From Psilocybe cubensis (lineage: Eukaryota), in the NCBI GenBank assembly GCA_017499595.2, contig CM039008.1:1426001-1490000 (forward strand): DNA of 64,000 nucleotides, given 5' to 3'. This document shows, one piece after another, positions 40,370 to 52,293 of the stretch; the first letter of the stretch is position 1; every line of letters begins with the position of its first letter. A program made the translations under genes and the position numbers. The notes beneath the pieces are model-generated. The model was not told where the DNA came from and made no database searches. It saw only the letters and a program-made list of their open reading frames with translations.

Positions 40370-41244
40370 ATCATCGATGGCCCAAGTCGATGTCGGTGGG
40401 AAGTGGAAGAGGAGGGAATTTATGGAGGCTGGAGGTCCATGCATGGATAAGATGCATTGACTGGCATCTCTTTACCATTCATAGACTTGATCCGCCGATT
40501 CTGGCATTGACATTCTTTAAAATAAGCAACCTGTACGTACTTTGTTAACTATTGATACGGGGTCATAGTCTTATCGCCTTGGAAGTTGTATCCGCTACAT
40601 AGATGTTACTAGGAAGTTCTAGTAACGGCATTCCATAGGCCTGCCCCGTGTTGAACTACAATGCGATTGACTTGCAAAGAGAGTCACCCATTGTTTTGCA
40701 AGATGTTGCTTAGCCTCCCATGGTTTGACATTTACACAAGATCCTTCGCTCTTCGTGATTACTGGTTTGTGGATATAAATACTACATCTGTCAGGAGACT
40801 CCTTAAGAGATCGCTGGTCACCGTCAGAGGACTATTTTAAGGCAAATCAGTATTGAACCTTCACAGCACGTGGACCTCGAGATTTCGAATGTTGTTTACT
40901 TATTGAAAAGTCTTCTTTAACGAGCTTTCATTCACTTAAGTCGGTGAACTTGAGATGGACTATGCGATGAGTTTCTCAATCAAACAATACTGTAAATACT
41001 AATCATGTCTGTCAAGAAATTAGACACCATGGGAGTGCTGATGCATTCATAAACCAAACTATCACAACATCAGAAGAAGAATCAGAAAAAATCAATGTGT
41101 CCCTTGTAGAGTAAAGATAATATTTTTGTCAAGACAGATTAATTGCGCCCAACAACGGACGAAGTCCGTTTATATTTAGCCGCGTACTGCGCTTGACGCC
41201 GCGTGTATGGTGGGAGGTATACACATTACCGGCACACCGCATCC

Positions 41245-42136
41245 TCATTGCTTCTTCGCAGAAGATATCTTCTTTGATTGAGCATCCGCGAAGTTGAGTG
41301 TATCGACGAGGTCTTTGGCAAATTGCGCAACGATGAACGTGGGAACGACAATCCAGAGACTGGCCGCATCAATGAGAAACAATGATTTGCATGATATACC
41401 AGAGTAATCGAACTTACCCGTTTGGAATGATCCACAAGACAATTAAATTCCACAGATTATTATGACCAATGGCACAATATCCACAGTAGTACTCTTGAGC
41501 CCAGTACAAGATCGTCTTAGACAACGTCATGGTAATGGCGGCGAAGCCAATAACGATTGCCCCAGGCCATTGGGCGACATGAGCAAGATACACATATGCA
41601 ATATTCATGAACGTTTCGATAACGTTGAGCAAGGCTAGACTGGATGGTCAGATTTTGTAACGAGGTGGAAATGAAGTACAAACACTGAGCATTGGTGAAC
41701 CCATCTCCAGATTCAAGGGAAGGAAGTCCGTACACCTATGGCTATAACATCAGAAAAAAATCTCTTCGAGCTGTTCTATGGCCCACGTAGTCAATCTAGT
41801 TAGTAACCAGCGTATCGATTAGTTGGTGTGTGCATTGCTAATGAACAACCTATAATTTACCTTCTGGTAAAGCGCGTAAGGCTTCCATATCCAGTGGAGG
41901 TCGCCGCCCTGTATCAAGCATTTGTTAAAAAAACGCAACCCTGAGGGTGATTAGCCATTTAGAGCTACCTCCATCGAACGTGGACTTTATACAGCGACGT
42001 CAATGAGTTGTTGCCGTACAATATCAAATTTCTTGTGACACTCTCACCGCATGAAGCAATATCCAGCATCCCAGAGAATAACAGGGACGGTAAGTATAAA
42101 CCAAAGAGAAATCCAAGTATGAGTTTTCACTGCCAT
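41245..42136 (-). CDS. Small multi-TM EXPERA/EBP-like membrane protein
   Basis: MAVKTHTWISLWF...WDAGYCFMRPRSMEGGDLHWIWKPYALY, SKTILYW, WIIPNGLWIVVP; includes 16-nt and 9-nt (41787-41795) micro-exons. Confidence 0.7.
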
Positions 42137-45100
42137 GGTGGTCGCTGTTCGAAATGAGTGCGTGAGATTATATAGGAGGCTCAGTGTACCTCTTCAACAC
42201 CATCATTCCGGAATTGTTACCGTTGCTGACACTGGGGGCAAATTCAAGCCCGGCTGATTGTCAGCCGGATCGGCGTGTGCAATCCCGGAGCCTACTAAGA
42301 ATATTTTCTACAAATATAGGCTATATATAAGCAATTTTGTGGTCCTTTCTCACAGATTATGCCCAAATATGTTTGCCGCAAACGGCTTGGGAAGATTTAA
42401 GTGAGATTTTATACAAATCTTCCCATACTTAGCTAAGGTTCACCACGTTTCTTTGCGCCAAAATTAAGTTCTTCAAAGAAACATCCTTGCACTAGGCTGC
42501 TACCCACTGCCTGCTACCTTCACACACTTTAGGCCTGTCTTTCATCACTCAAGATATAGTTTGCACATTCGCAGATCTTTGTGCTAGTTTGGTTGGGGCA
42601 CAACTGATGCTCTACTAGGATTTGTGGCATTCGAGCGTTCCGAGCTTGTCGCTTCCCTGAGGATGACATTTTCACCGAGGCAAGGCTCATGGGACTCTAA
42701 GGCGGCAATTACACTTGGACGAAATACATCCTGGAAGTCTTTCAAAATGCAAACATCTAAATGGTCTTTGGGTCTCTCTTGATAGACCCCCAAAATTTAC
42801 TCCGGAACGCTAATCGATGAGGACTACCTCCCTGCAATTATTTCTCCGAAGGGTTCGGTCATGGGTAGGCATCTGGTTTTTCTGGACACTTTGGACTGTA
42901 AGGACGCTGTCACAACGTACTCAAACTGCTCGAAGGTGTATACACACGCATGGATACTACTTTTCTGTCTCTGCCTCCGCAGTCCCAGCATCCCAATTCC
43001 CAGTGACTGAAGAGAGTACCGAGCTATAAGTCTCAACTATTGGGTTGCCTCGTATACAGGAACTTCTATAACACTTCGTTTTTGAGGATGTTAATCAAGG
43101 TTTGTAGTGCACGGATGTTCAGGTAAGTCCATTTTTGTGGCTGACTCGAATTGAAAAGAAGATTGTACGGTCAGCAAACGGAATGCCGCATATTTTTTGT
43201 GCATGTACCAGCGTCTACCCTCTTGGTCTTCCGGTGACTCTTTAGTCGGTACAATTGTATCTCTGCGCTGGCTCACGAAGGCCGAACAAAAAAGTTTGGA
43301 TTACCGTGTTCGCGACCCTGTAGAGTGAACCTTTTATCCAGACGAATGGTGGTGTTCCTTTTGTTTTCCTCCCATCGATCAAGAGAAAGTGTGAGCTGGC
43401 CTTTGGGACCTCCCACTAGCGATAAATTGCCTAGTTAGAGAGACTCGATTCGGGTCCAAGTGATGTGATCTATATCCTTTTCATGTCTTGCGTGTCCTTA
43501 AATGGAGGTGTCTTTTTTGAATTTCCTCAAAACGACATTCTCTCGCAGATTTGTCGGTCAAACTTGCAGAGTTACGACTTCATTAGGTGCTCGAAAGCAC
43601 TCTTGATCGACTTTGGTAGCCAGCAAGTCTCTCCCGCCAGGCTCGGACTCAGTAGCGACATGCTCAGCTGTCTCCGTTTTTACGACACGGTTGAGGGCCT
43701 GGGAGTGGCTCATTGCTGGAACGTTCCAAAGCCTTGGCTACGTCCTTTTCTCTCTTGCTATCTCAACCCTGCTCACACCGTGACTGTGTAATACAGACCG
43801 GTGTTTAACCTCTGTAGTATTTTATACAAGTAAGATATAGTTTTGCCGCATTGATAACATTTTATACACGATGGTTAAGTGGAGGAAGCAGGGGGATCCT
43901 AGGGCATCCCGGCGAAGGCAATGTTATGCCGGCATGTGTTGATCTCCATTGGGATGACCGTTTCGGTGCCTGACTGTGCCTGAATGGCTTCTGAATCATC
44001 CTGATTTGAAGAAATGATTTGGCCCACCGTAATTCATACCGTAGATGTGCCTGCCCTTGGTTGAACCGATTGAGCCTTGGTAGAATATTCAGCGAAATGA
44101 CAATAATATTAACCGTCGGGTCTACCCCATATCATAGCAACATTTTATTATCAAGGTGTCAGAATTCACAAAGTAGTAACCTCTAAGTTGGCCTGCGTTC
44201 CACCGGTGCTAAATTCAGTTTGGCTTGGTGAAAGCATTGTGCTTTAGCTTTGTATACGACTTGGATTGTATTAAATAAGTGGCGAGCTAAGGCATTACAA
44301 TACTCCATACTTTCCGCAATAATCAATAGATCGGTTGTACCCTGGATTGGGAGTACAAGAGTACCTCGATAAGCGCCCAATCAAACAACGCGCGACGTGA
44401 TTTTTGCGGAAACATTGTCATTACAATATCTTTCAAACCAGCCTTATTTTTCTAATAAAGTGGTGAGTAGATGCTCACAATGCCTTGCAATGAAAGCGGT
44501 TTGGCATCCTAAATGAATCGCTAAGCATGGAAAGACGTAATGCAGACTCATTGGGTCATTCCACCGTTAAGTTCTGATGGTTGTAAAATAAGTTCATTTG
44601 CCCTAAATTTTGTCACAACTTTGGCGACCTCTATATTGTCATGAGAATGCTGTCGGTGTCAACATTTAAACATATACGAACCTATATTAAACAGTCGTAA
44701 TGATATCTGTCAAGATAGTACACCAATCGGGTACACTTGAGACAACATGACACTCCTCATTGAGACTTGCAGACTTTCGAATATCATTGGATTACAATGC
44801 ATCCCGAAAAGACATGCTTTGGAAGCTGTCTAGCCTGGTCCGTCAATAATCGATTAGTCCCATCAATCTTACCAGGCAGGGTCTGTAAAGCAACTTCCTG
44901 AATTTTTTGTTCGCTTCTCTCAGATGCATTTGCGTGCTCAATAATTGATAATTGTTCTGAGCGTATCTCTATCGTCTAGCGGAACATGTTGAAACTCGAT
45001 CGAAAAGGAGAGCAGCTTCAGCCTTCAGGGCTGTAGAGGACTAGACGCTGCATCGATCACGAAGATAATAGGAAAGTGAAGTATGGAGGTGATATAAGAA

Positions 45101-45680
45101 GACGAACAAAAGACTGAAAAACGTGCAGTGTAATGCAAGAATAGTGGTTCTGGAGGATCAGTGAAAGAAAAGGAAAACACGATTATGTATGAGAGCCGTC
45201 TCTACCATGGGTACATTCATGCAAATCCTTGGCAGGCCCCAGATTTGCAATTGGTCCACGCTTCGGCATAGCGATACAACTGCTTGTGGGGTGGAAACCT
45301 TCCGATTAGAGGCACATGTGTTACCCGCTCCGTGCAGCTCCGTTTTCGATATGAACAAAAGTAAACAAAAGACCTGCTGGTAATTCGAGGGCAGAAAGCC
45401 CTCTGAGGCCCTATGCTTATCGGAGGCTGTCGATCCGGTGTGAGTTCGGTCCTGGCGAGACCGTGGGCCTTGCTTATGGGGTAACACCCAAAAGAGCCAG
45501 GTACCGCCAGAAATGAGCAGATCTTGGACAGGAACAACTGGAAGAAGGGGGGCTGCTGTTTATGGGAATCGCTTGGTATATATGGTTATCCAAAATCCTT
45601 AAAGAGCCGGTACCTTCAAGTCGATTTTCCATTACACCCAACATCCCCCCTACCGACTTTACCTCCACTCTTTCAATATC

Positions 45681-46472
45681 ATGCGTGTATCAGCAATTAT
45701 TCTCCTTTCTGCATTTACCTTGGTGCTCGGGGCCCCTATCGTGAGTGCTTAGGGTATCTCCAAACAGAGCGAAAATTTAACGCACGCACATTTTTTTAGA
45801 GCAGTGGGGTTGTCGCTCGTAGCAGTTCGGATATTGTCGTAGCAGTGCGTCATTGAATCATAAATATTCTTTGCATTCAGAGAGACTTATCTCATTGATG
45901 TGCAGAGAGATGCAGCCCCTGGTAATCCCGACTGGAAACGCGAGGCTGAGGCTGGCGGCAAGAACCCGGCTTGGAAGAGAGAAGCTGAGGCCGAGGCTGA
46001 GGCTCAGAGAGGTCGTGACCCATCCTGGAAGCGTGAGGCAGAGGCAGGAGGCAAGAATCCGGCTTGGAAACGAGAGGCGGAGGCGGAGCCTCAAAGGGGC
46101 CGTAACCCATCCTGGAAGCGTGAAGCTGAGGCTCAGAGAGGTCGTAACCCATCCTGGAAGCGAGAGGCTGAGGCTGAGGCTGAGGCTCAGAGAGGTCGTA
46201 ACCCATCCTGGAAGCGTGAGGCAGAGGCAGGAGGCAAGAATCCGGCTTGGAAGCGAGAGGCTGAGGCTGAGGCTCAGAGGGGTCGTAACCCATCCTGGAA
46301 GCGTGAAGCCGAGGCCGAGGCTCAGAGAGGTCGTAACCCATCCTGGAAGCGAGAGGCTGAGGCTGAGGCTGAGGCTCAGAGAGGTCGGAACCCATCCTGG
46401 AAGCGTGAAGCCGAGGCAGGAGGCAGGGATCCGACATGGAAGCGCGAGCCAGCCCGCAATCCTACCTGGTGA
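45681..46472 (+). CDS. Secreted Kex2-processed repeat protein (KEP), alpha-factor-like peptide precursor, 223 aa
   Basis: Exons 45681-45740 (signal peptide MRVSAIILLSAFTLVLGA), 45800-45844 and 45906-46472. Twelve KR sites, each followed by EA/EP dipeptide spacers; 13 cores ending [N/D]-P-x-W. Confidence 0.92.
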
Positions 46473-47589
46473 AGATCTACCATCGCAGCTTTCTCCGTTT
46501 TCCACCCATTTGCCTCACTGCGCTCAGTCGCTAGTCGACTGATTTTTGGAATGCAATGTCCACTAGTCGCTACGATTATACGGCTTCAGCGAAGTTGAAC
46601 GATCCATTTTAATGACCTCACCATTCGTTGCATTTTCCAAGCGTTTTCCTTTCAGTGTTTTTTAGCATCTATGTTTCTCTTCATACCTTCAGCATATCTC
46701 ATACCCACTCCCATTCCTTCATTTTTTCTGATATTACGCATTCATTCATTCAATTACATACTCTCAACGTCTTGACATATTCTGTGCTCCTACATTGTAA
46801 AAAATTAGGATTAAATCGCCTTCATAGGACTTAATAAATCAATAAACAAAACTTAATTTGATCATATTTCTCTTGCGTATATTTCGTTCGTGACTGAAGT
46901 CGAAAAGCACATCGTGCAACCATTGGGGTATGCTGATGTATTTGACGACTATGAAGCTACGAATCAGCATTTAGAGGAAGCTACGAGATGTAGAGTGCGC
47001 TTACAAAAGGTGTTCAGGCCATAGTTCGCCGCAGTCGTGAGGATCAGACGATCTGAAATGGCGACAAGGGTGGACAAGCATAACAAGGGGCAGATCCAAG
47101 ACAAGTTTGTAGGAAAAATGGTTGACCCATATTAAGCGCGCTACAGCCACGTTACCACTATGTAAACGGGGTTATTACGCAAGGTCCGTAAGGTCCAGGG
47201 TGTCGCAGAGAGGACTGGGATATCTTCATGCAAGCTTGACCACCTTCAAATCACGCAAATACTCTGCGGGGTTGAATGGATAGACTCACAGTGACTGTGC
47301 CCTATTCGTAAGACGACTGTGGATCAATTGCAGTATCATGATTTCTTCGGTTTGCATGGCGAACATTCGGTAAATCAAGTAAAAATTGACAATATGATCC
47401 TGATGGCAACATGGAGATATACTTACATCGACTGTCGCGCTGATTTGCTGTAAGCGAAAGGTATCTTGTCACCAGCGTTATAATAACGAAACGGGGGACA
47501 AGATCAAGGCTTTTCTTTTCCCTTTTACTCACTACTAATATCCTTTAATATCTTTTTTGCACGACCTTCAGGCAGTTGAAGTTCATATT

Positions 47590-49891
47590 ATGTCCGTCAA
47601 TCAGCCAGTGGTCGAGCCTGCGACCCCAATTTCTGTGAGTCTCTGCGCCCTTTTTCATTTCAGTCAGTATTGGAGATAAGCTTATGTCTGCGATGGGATG
47701 GATAGAGAGTAGAGACCTTCGCGCATACCGGCTTCCGTGTTCCTGACCCGTGAGTGACGTACTAGTAGCAAACTGCCAAATTGCGATTGACCCGAGCAGG
47801 TTTGCTCCACGACAACGTCCTGGGGCTTCCTTTGTGAACGCTTTGCTTGCCACAGCGCTTTTCCGGTGTTGGCATATACTCATCTTCTTTGCTGCCTGGT
47901 CGACCCTTATCACCGTCCTCAATCACCATGGTCATAAGCTCTTCATTCAGGCAACCCTACTTACTGTGTATGCGCATTCCGAGACCTATGTGACTTTTGG
48001 CACTAATCCTATTCTTTAGCGTGGGTACAGTCCTAGGTTTCATTATCTCGTATCGGACGACGTCATCTTTCGAGCGCTACAATGAAGGAAGGAGATTGTG
48101 GTCGCAGGTTATTCTAGCCAGCCGAACAATGGCACGTACCATTTGGTTCCATGTTCCCAGTAAGTCTTTTCATGTCCGCACAAGCTGCTGAAGTGGTGTT
48201 TAATTCATTTCGTAGATGCACCACCTGCGGAAGGAATGAGTGAACAGGAGGCTGCGGCCAGGTCTTTAGTGGAGAAAAAGTCGGCTATCAACCTTCTCGA
48301 GGCATTTGCGGTGGCTATCAAGCATTATTTGAGAGGAGAAGATGGGATTTACTATCAGTAGGACTTCCTCTGTTATTCGTTTTTCTGCATCTGAGGATTG
48401 TATCTCAGGGATTTGTACTACCTCGTCAAATTCCTACCGGCATACGCTTTGCCAGCTGGTTTACCAGCGTCCCCCACCGACAAGTCCGTATTCAGCGAAG
48501 ATATTTCTTTGCCATCTCCCCAGACCCCAGCTCCCAACTCTTTCAGTAGCCCAATATCTGAGAATGCGTATCCAAATGGCTTGACCGCAGCTAATCCGGG
48601 GAGGCAACCTACGATTACCATTGCCCCTATGCCATCGGTTCTTCACCAACGCAATACAAACACTGCTACGTCCCCGACTTCTCTACCGCCTCCTGTGTCA
48701 ATTGGTCCTGCTGGGAAGAGGTCTTCATACTACAGCGGCGGTGTGACATCCCCGGTGTCGACCTATCTCCAGAAAGAGAAGGAGCGAATAATTTTGTCAC
48801 AGCACGATGAAAGCTACCTGATGCCCGCACATATGCCTCCTAAATACAGCGTCTTCGATATTTTCCCATTCTCCCTTCTTGTAAAATGGCTTACAGAGAA
48901 AGGCAAGGACGTTAAAGGGAAGAAAGGTGCCCGGATTCGAGCAAAACTACGCAACGAAGCTATATCGCACAACTTGCCTCTAGAACTGTCGCTATATTTG
49001 GTACCTTTTTGTCGTCCTTGTCGGATAATCTGTTCTCACCATCTTTTAGAGCTCTTATATTGCCTCACTTCAAAACCGTAAAATATGTGACGTCCCAACT
49101 ACCAGTAAGCGGATTAATCGTCAGCGTGCCGCTCACTTTATTGATGAGCTCGTTTCTAGACACCCTGTTATTTTCCTTGAATCAACTGGTGGATAGTCTC
49201 ACTGGATTGGAGCGTATTCTGACCACGCCAATCCCATTCTCGTGAGTAACGTTGAGAAGCTATGACGGTGTTCTAAGAATTTCTATAGTTACTCCATACA
49301 TCTTTGGGTTGTCACTTTGCTATACTGCCTTGCTTTAGTACGTCACTTCCTAACCAGACTTGAATATTCCCTGAGAGATCATCTCTACAGCCTTTCCAGA
49401 TTTGGTCCACACTGAAATGGATCACAATCCCTGGCACTACCGTCATTGTGAGTTGACATGGAAATCCGGTATACTATAACTAAAATGTTCCTTCATAGAG
49501 CTTCATATTTTTCGGCTTTCTTGTCGCTGGTGAAGAAATTGAAAGTGAGTTGCGAGTTTCATTGAATCCGTTCCAGAAATAAATGTGTGTGTGTCAGACC
49601 CTTTCGGATACGATAAAAATGACCTGAACCTCGACCATTTCACACATAATATCATTCGTGAGTCCGATGCCAAACATGTCAAATAGCCTTTTCAACAACT
49701 GAATTCCGTTCCACAATACAGGAAACGAACTGAGAGCAGTGACTTCGACTCCACCTCCCGATCCTACAAGATGGGCATTTGTCCCAGAAAATAACCTTCT
49801 TTTCTCCAATAACACGGATGAACGTGTCTCTCCTGACGAATGGATCTCCCGCGGCCCTAATGCCATGCAAAGGAACCTCAGTCATTTTTAG
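47590..49891 (+). CDS. Bestrophin / UPF0187-family anion channel
   Basis: LGFIISYRTTSSFERYNEGRRLW, AIKHYLRGE, LERILTTPIPFSY, GEEIENPFGYDKNDLNLD; many introns. The 5' exons are less certain. Confidence 0.88.
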
Positions 49892-52293
49892 CACGACTCG
49901 ACTGAAGCAATGAACGGAGGGAACGTATACTTTGCTTATGGTGGCCGCTGGACTTTAAACGGCGCGAAGTCCCAACAACTTTCTGGCTCTCAACTTTAAT
50001 AACTATCTCATACCACGGCAAACTCGCATATGACCACATCACACGCGTCAGCTCACTCATAGATTATTGGACACCCACACCATATCGCCACTCATCGGTT
50101 AACATCATGGACACCTTCCATTTGCTCACTCATTCATTCATCTTGAACTCCGTTCGAGAAGTTCTACCACTTTTCAATTCCTGGTTTTGGTTTTTTTGGT
50201 TTTACTGTTTTTTTGGGCTTTCTGGCTCTCTAGTTGCATTACTTCGAGAATACTTCATTACGTCGATACATAGTTTAAAACGTCGATCAGTTCATCAACT
50301 TCATGGCTTCATTTTTCAGGGCGTCGTAAATCAACTTAAAAAATCAACGTAAATGCCAAATAAAATGATGAAAATATATAGTAAGAATGCTATAATTATA
50401 TTTGCTTAACATTAGTAAAATAATTGTTTAAAATTATTGGTTAAAATTTAATCGGAGATTTCAATTTATGTACATACTTATCAGCAAGTTGTTTTAAACT
50501 TCATTTCAGCTTTTTAAGTTAAATGGATCTTCAATTCGCTTCTGTGCGCCTCGAACACTCTTTCCGAAGATCAACAGTGGACACCAGCCAGACAGTGGCG
50601 CTGTAAATCTCATTCAAGCTATTGCAGCCTCTCTGGAATCTAGGGACCTCGAGGAAAAGGGTTGACGCGGACGCGCATATCATTTCTAGGTGTTCATCGA
50701 AAGAATACGCGAATCAGTACGATATACGCCGTCTTGAATGCACAAGATGACGTTATTTGGTCTTTCTTTCTCTCTATCTGACCCCAAAGGTGTCCCGACC
50801 ATCGCGTCTAATTGAGTCTAATTATGTGCTTATGAAAACGGCATGGCATCCACCATGCGCGCAGCATGGGGGAGTACACGCCGCTACGCGACAATTTATC
50901 AATGCAAGGATAGACTGCGACCCTCGTTGGCTTAATTATCTAGGTTCCACCCTCTTGCCCCTCATCACAGGGCCCTGCAGTCTCACGGTCGTTCAATGCT
51001 GTGCTGTCATTACATCGAGGCAGGACTTCATTAACAAATGCCTCACCTCCAGTATGTCATCTTTAATATTCTCGCGCTTGATGTCACTTCATATGTGTCG
51101 CGGGGTTGCGTGATTCCAGGACTAACTTTTTTTAAACTTGACAGAAGCTTAGCTGTGGACGTGGACTCATTTCGAGTTAACGCGACGACTATTAAGAAAA
51201 TCGAGATTCGAGATTCGATCCGCATCTCTCGCAAAATGAATTTCCCATTTTTTTTCTGTACGTCAATTCGTTGCATTGTAAGTATTCTGAGTCACCTCCT
51301 TTGACATTTTTCTTCCACAGATTGTGGTTATTTCCCAACAGCTCCTGATACGTGATTTTGGGAAGTTGATATCTTACTGTCCAACAGAAATACATTCACA
51401 ATCCGTTGTGCAGTGTTAGACCTGAAACTCTGCCTGCTCCAGGATCAAAATTTATCCAATCATTAGACGTGTTGATGGGAGAGTAACTGACACTGTTTTC
51501 TGGCTTAAAGTTTAAAGTATGTCCCAACTAATTTCTCATCCCACAATAAAGATTGATGTGCATTTTGAGTTCTAGAACCCTCGGTGAAAGAATTTAAAAC
51601 TGAATAACCATCCACTGGTGCTTTCAACTTGGCTCCGGAGTTCAAATATTTTATGAAAGTATTGGTGGAGATGAATTATGAACTTTCGAGTCAGTTGACT
51701 GTGTCTTTCAGGTTCCACCGGCAGGAGCTTGAAAGAACCTCACTCGATTTCATTAAATTGCTTGATATATATCTAGGGCATCTCCTTGCTCAACATTGCG
51801 CGCTATGAATGCCCGATAGTGCTGTCCTGTCATTTTTACAGCCCGAATGCCGACCACGGAATCGACTTAGTTACTGAACATCGAGTCTGTCGCTCTCAAC
51901 CATAGATTCAAACAGTAATGACGTTTTTTCCCAAATGATGGTATACTAGATGTCTAGAGTGTCGTCAGACTATTTGTATTCATTCAATGAGCGGATCACT
52001 TAGCAAGGACTTAGTCAACTCCGAGTCTGAAAAGGGGAGGTATTTTCAACAACGGCGATCTTTCGTGTATTTTTTCACATTTGATGTTAGGCCTCTGTGG
52101 TTATCAATTTGGTCGTTTTCAAGCAACACTCCTTCAATTTTCCAAGGAAATGACGAAAAAACGACGAACACGAAAGCGAGGACAAAGTCAAGGCCAAGGC
52201 ATTATATTCTTGTCGGAATTTGAAATTGGCAATTAGTTTAGCCGATTTCCCGAATGACTCGATAAAGTTGTACAGGTGCAACAAAACTTTTCT

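Noticed and set aside
42584-43791. Fragmentary ORFs that might be a decayed gene upstream of the KEP
   Set aside because: Interrupted by stops, no consistent splice model and no recognisable motif; needs a tBLASTx search.
45906-46472. KEP as a basidiomycete mating pheromone, MSDIN/borosin precursor or dikaritin
   Set aside because: No CaaX box, no MSDIN leader, no methyltransferase domain, and no DUF3328 gene recognised in the window.
45853-46542. Alternative-frame and antisense ORFs over the KEP (229 aa +, 215 aa -, 181 aa -)
   Set aside because: By-products of a stop-poor tandem repeat; only the KR/EA frame splices to a signal peptide.
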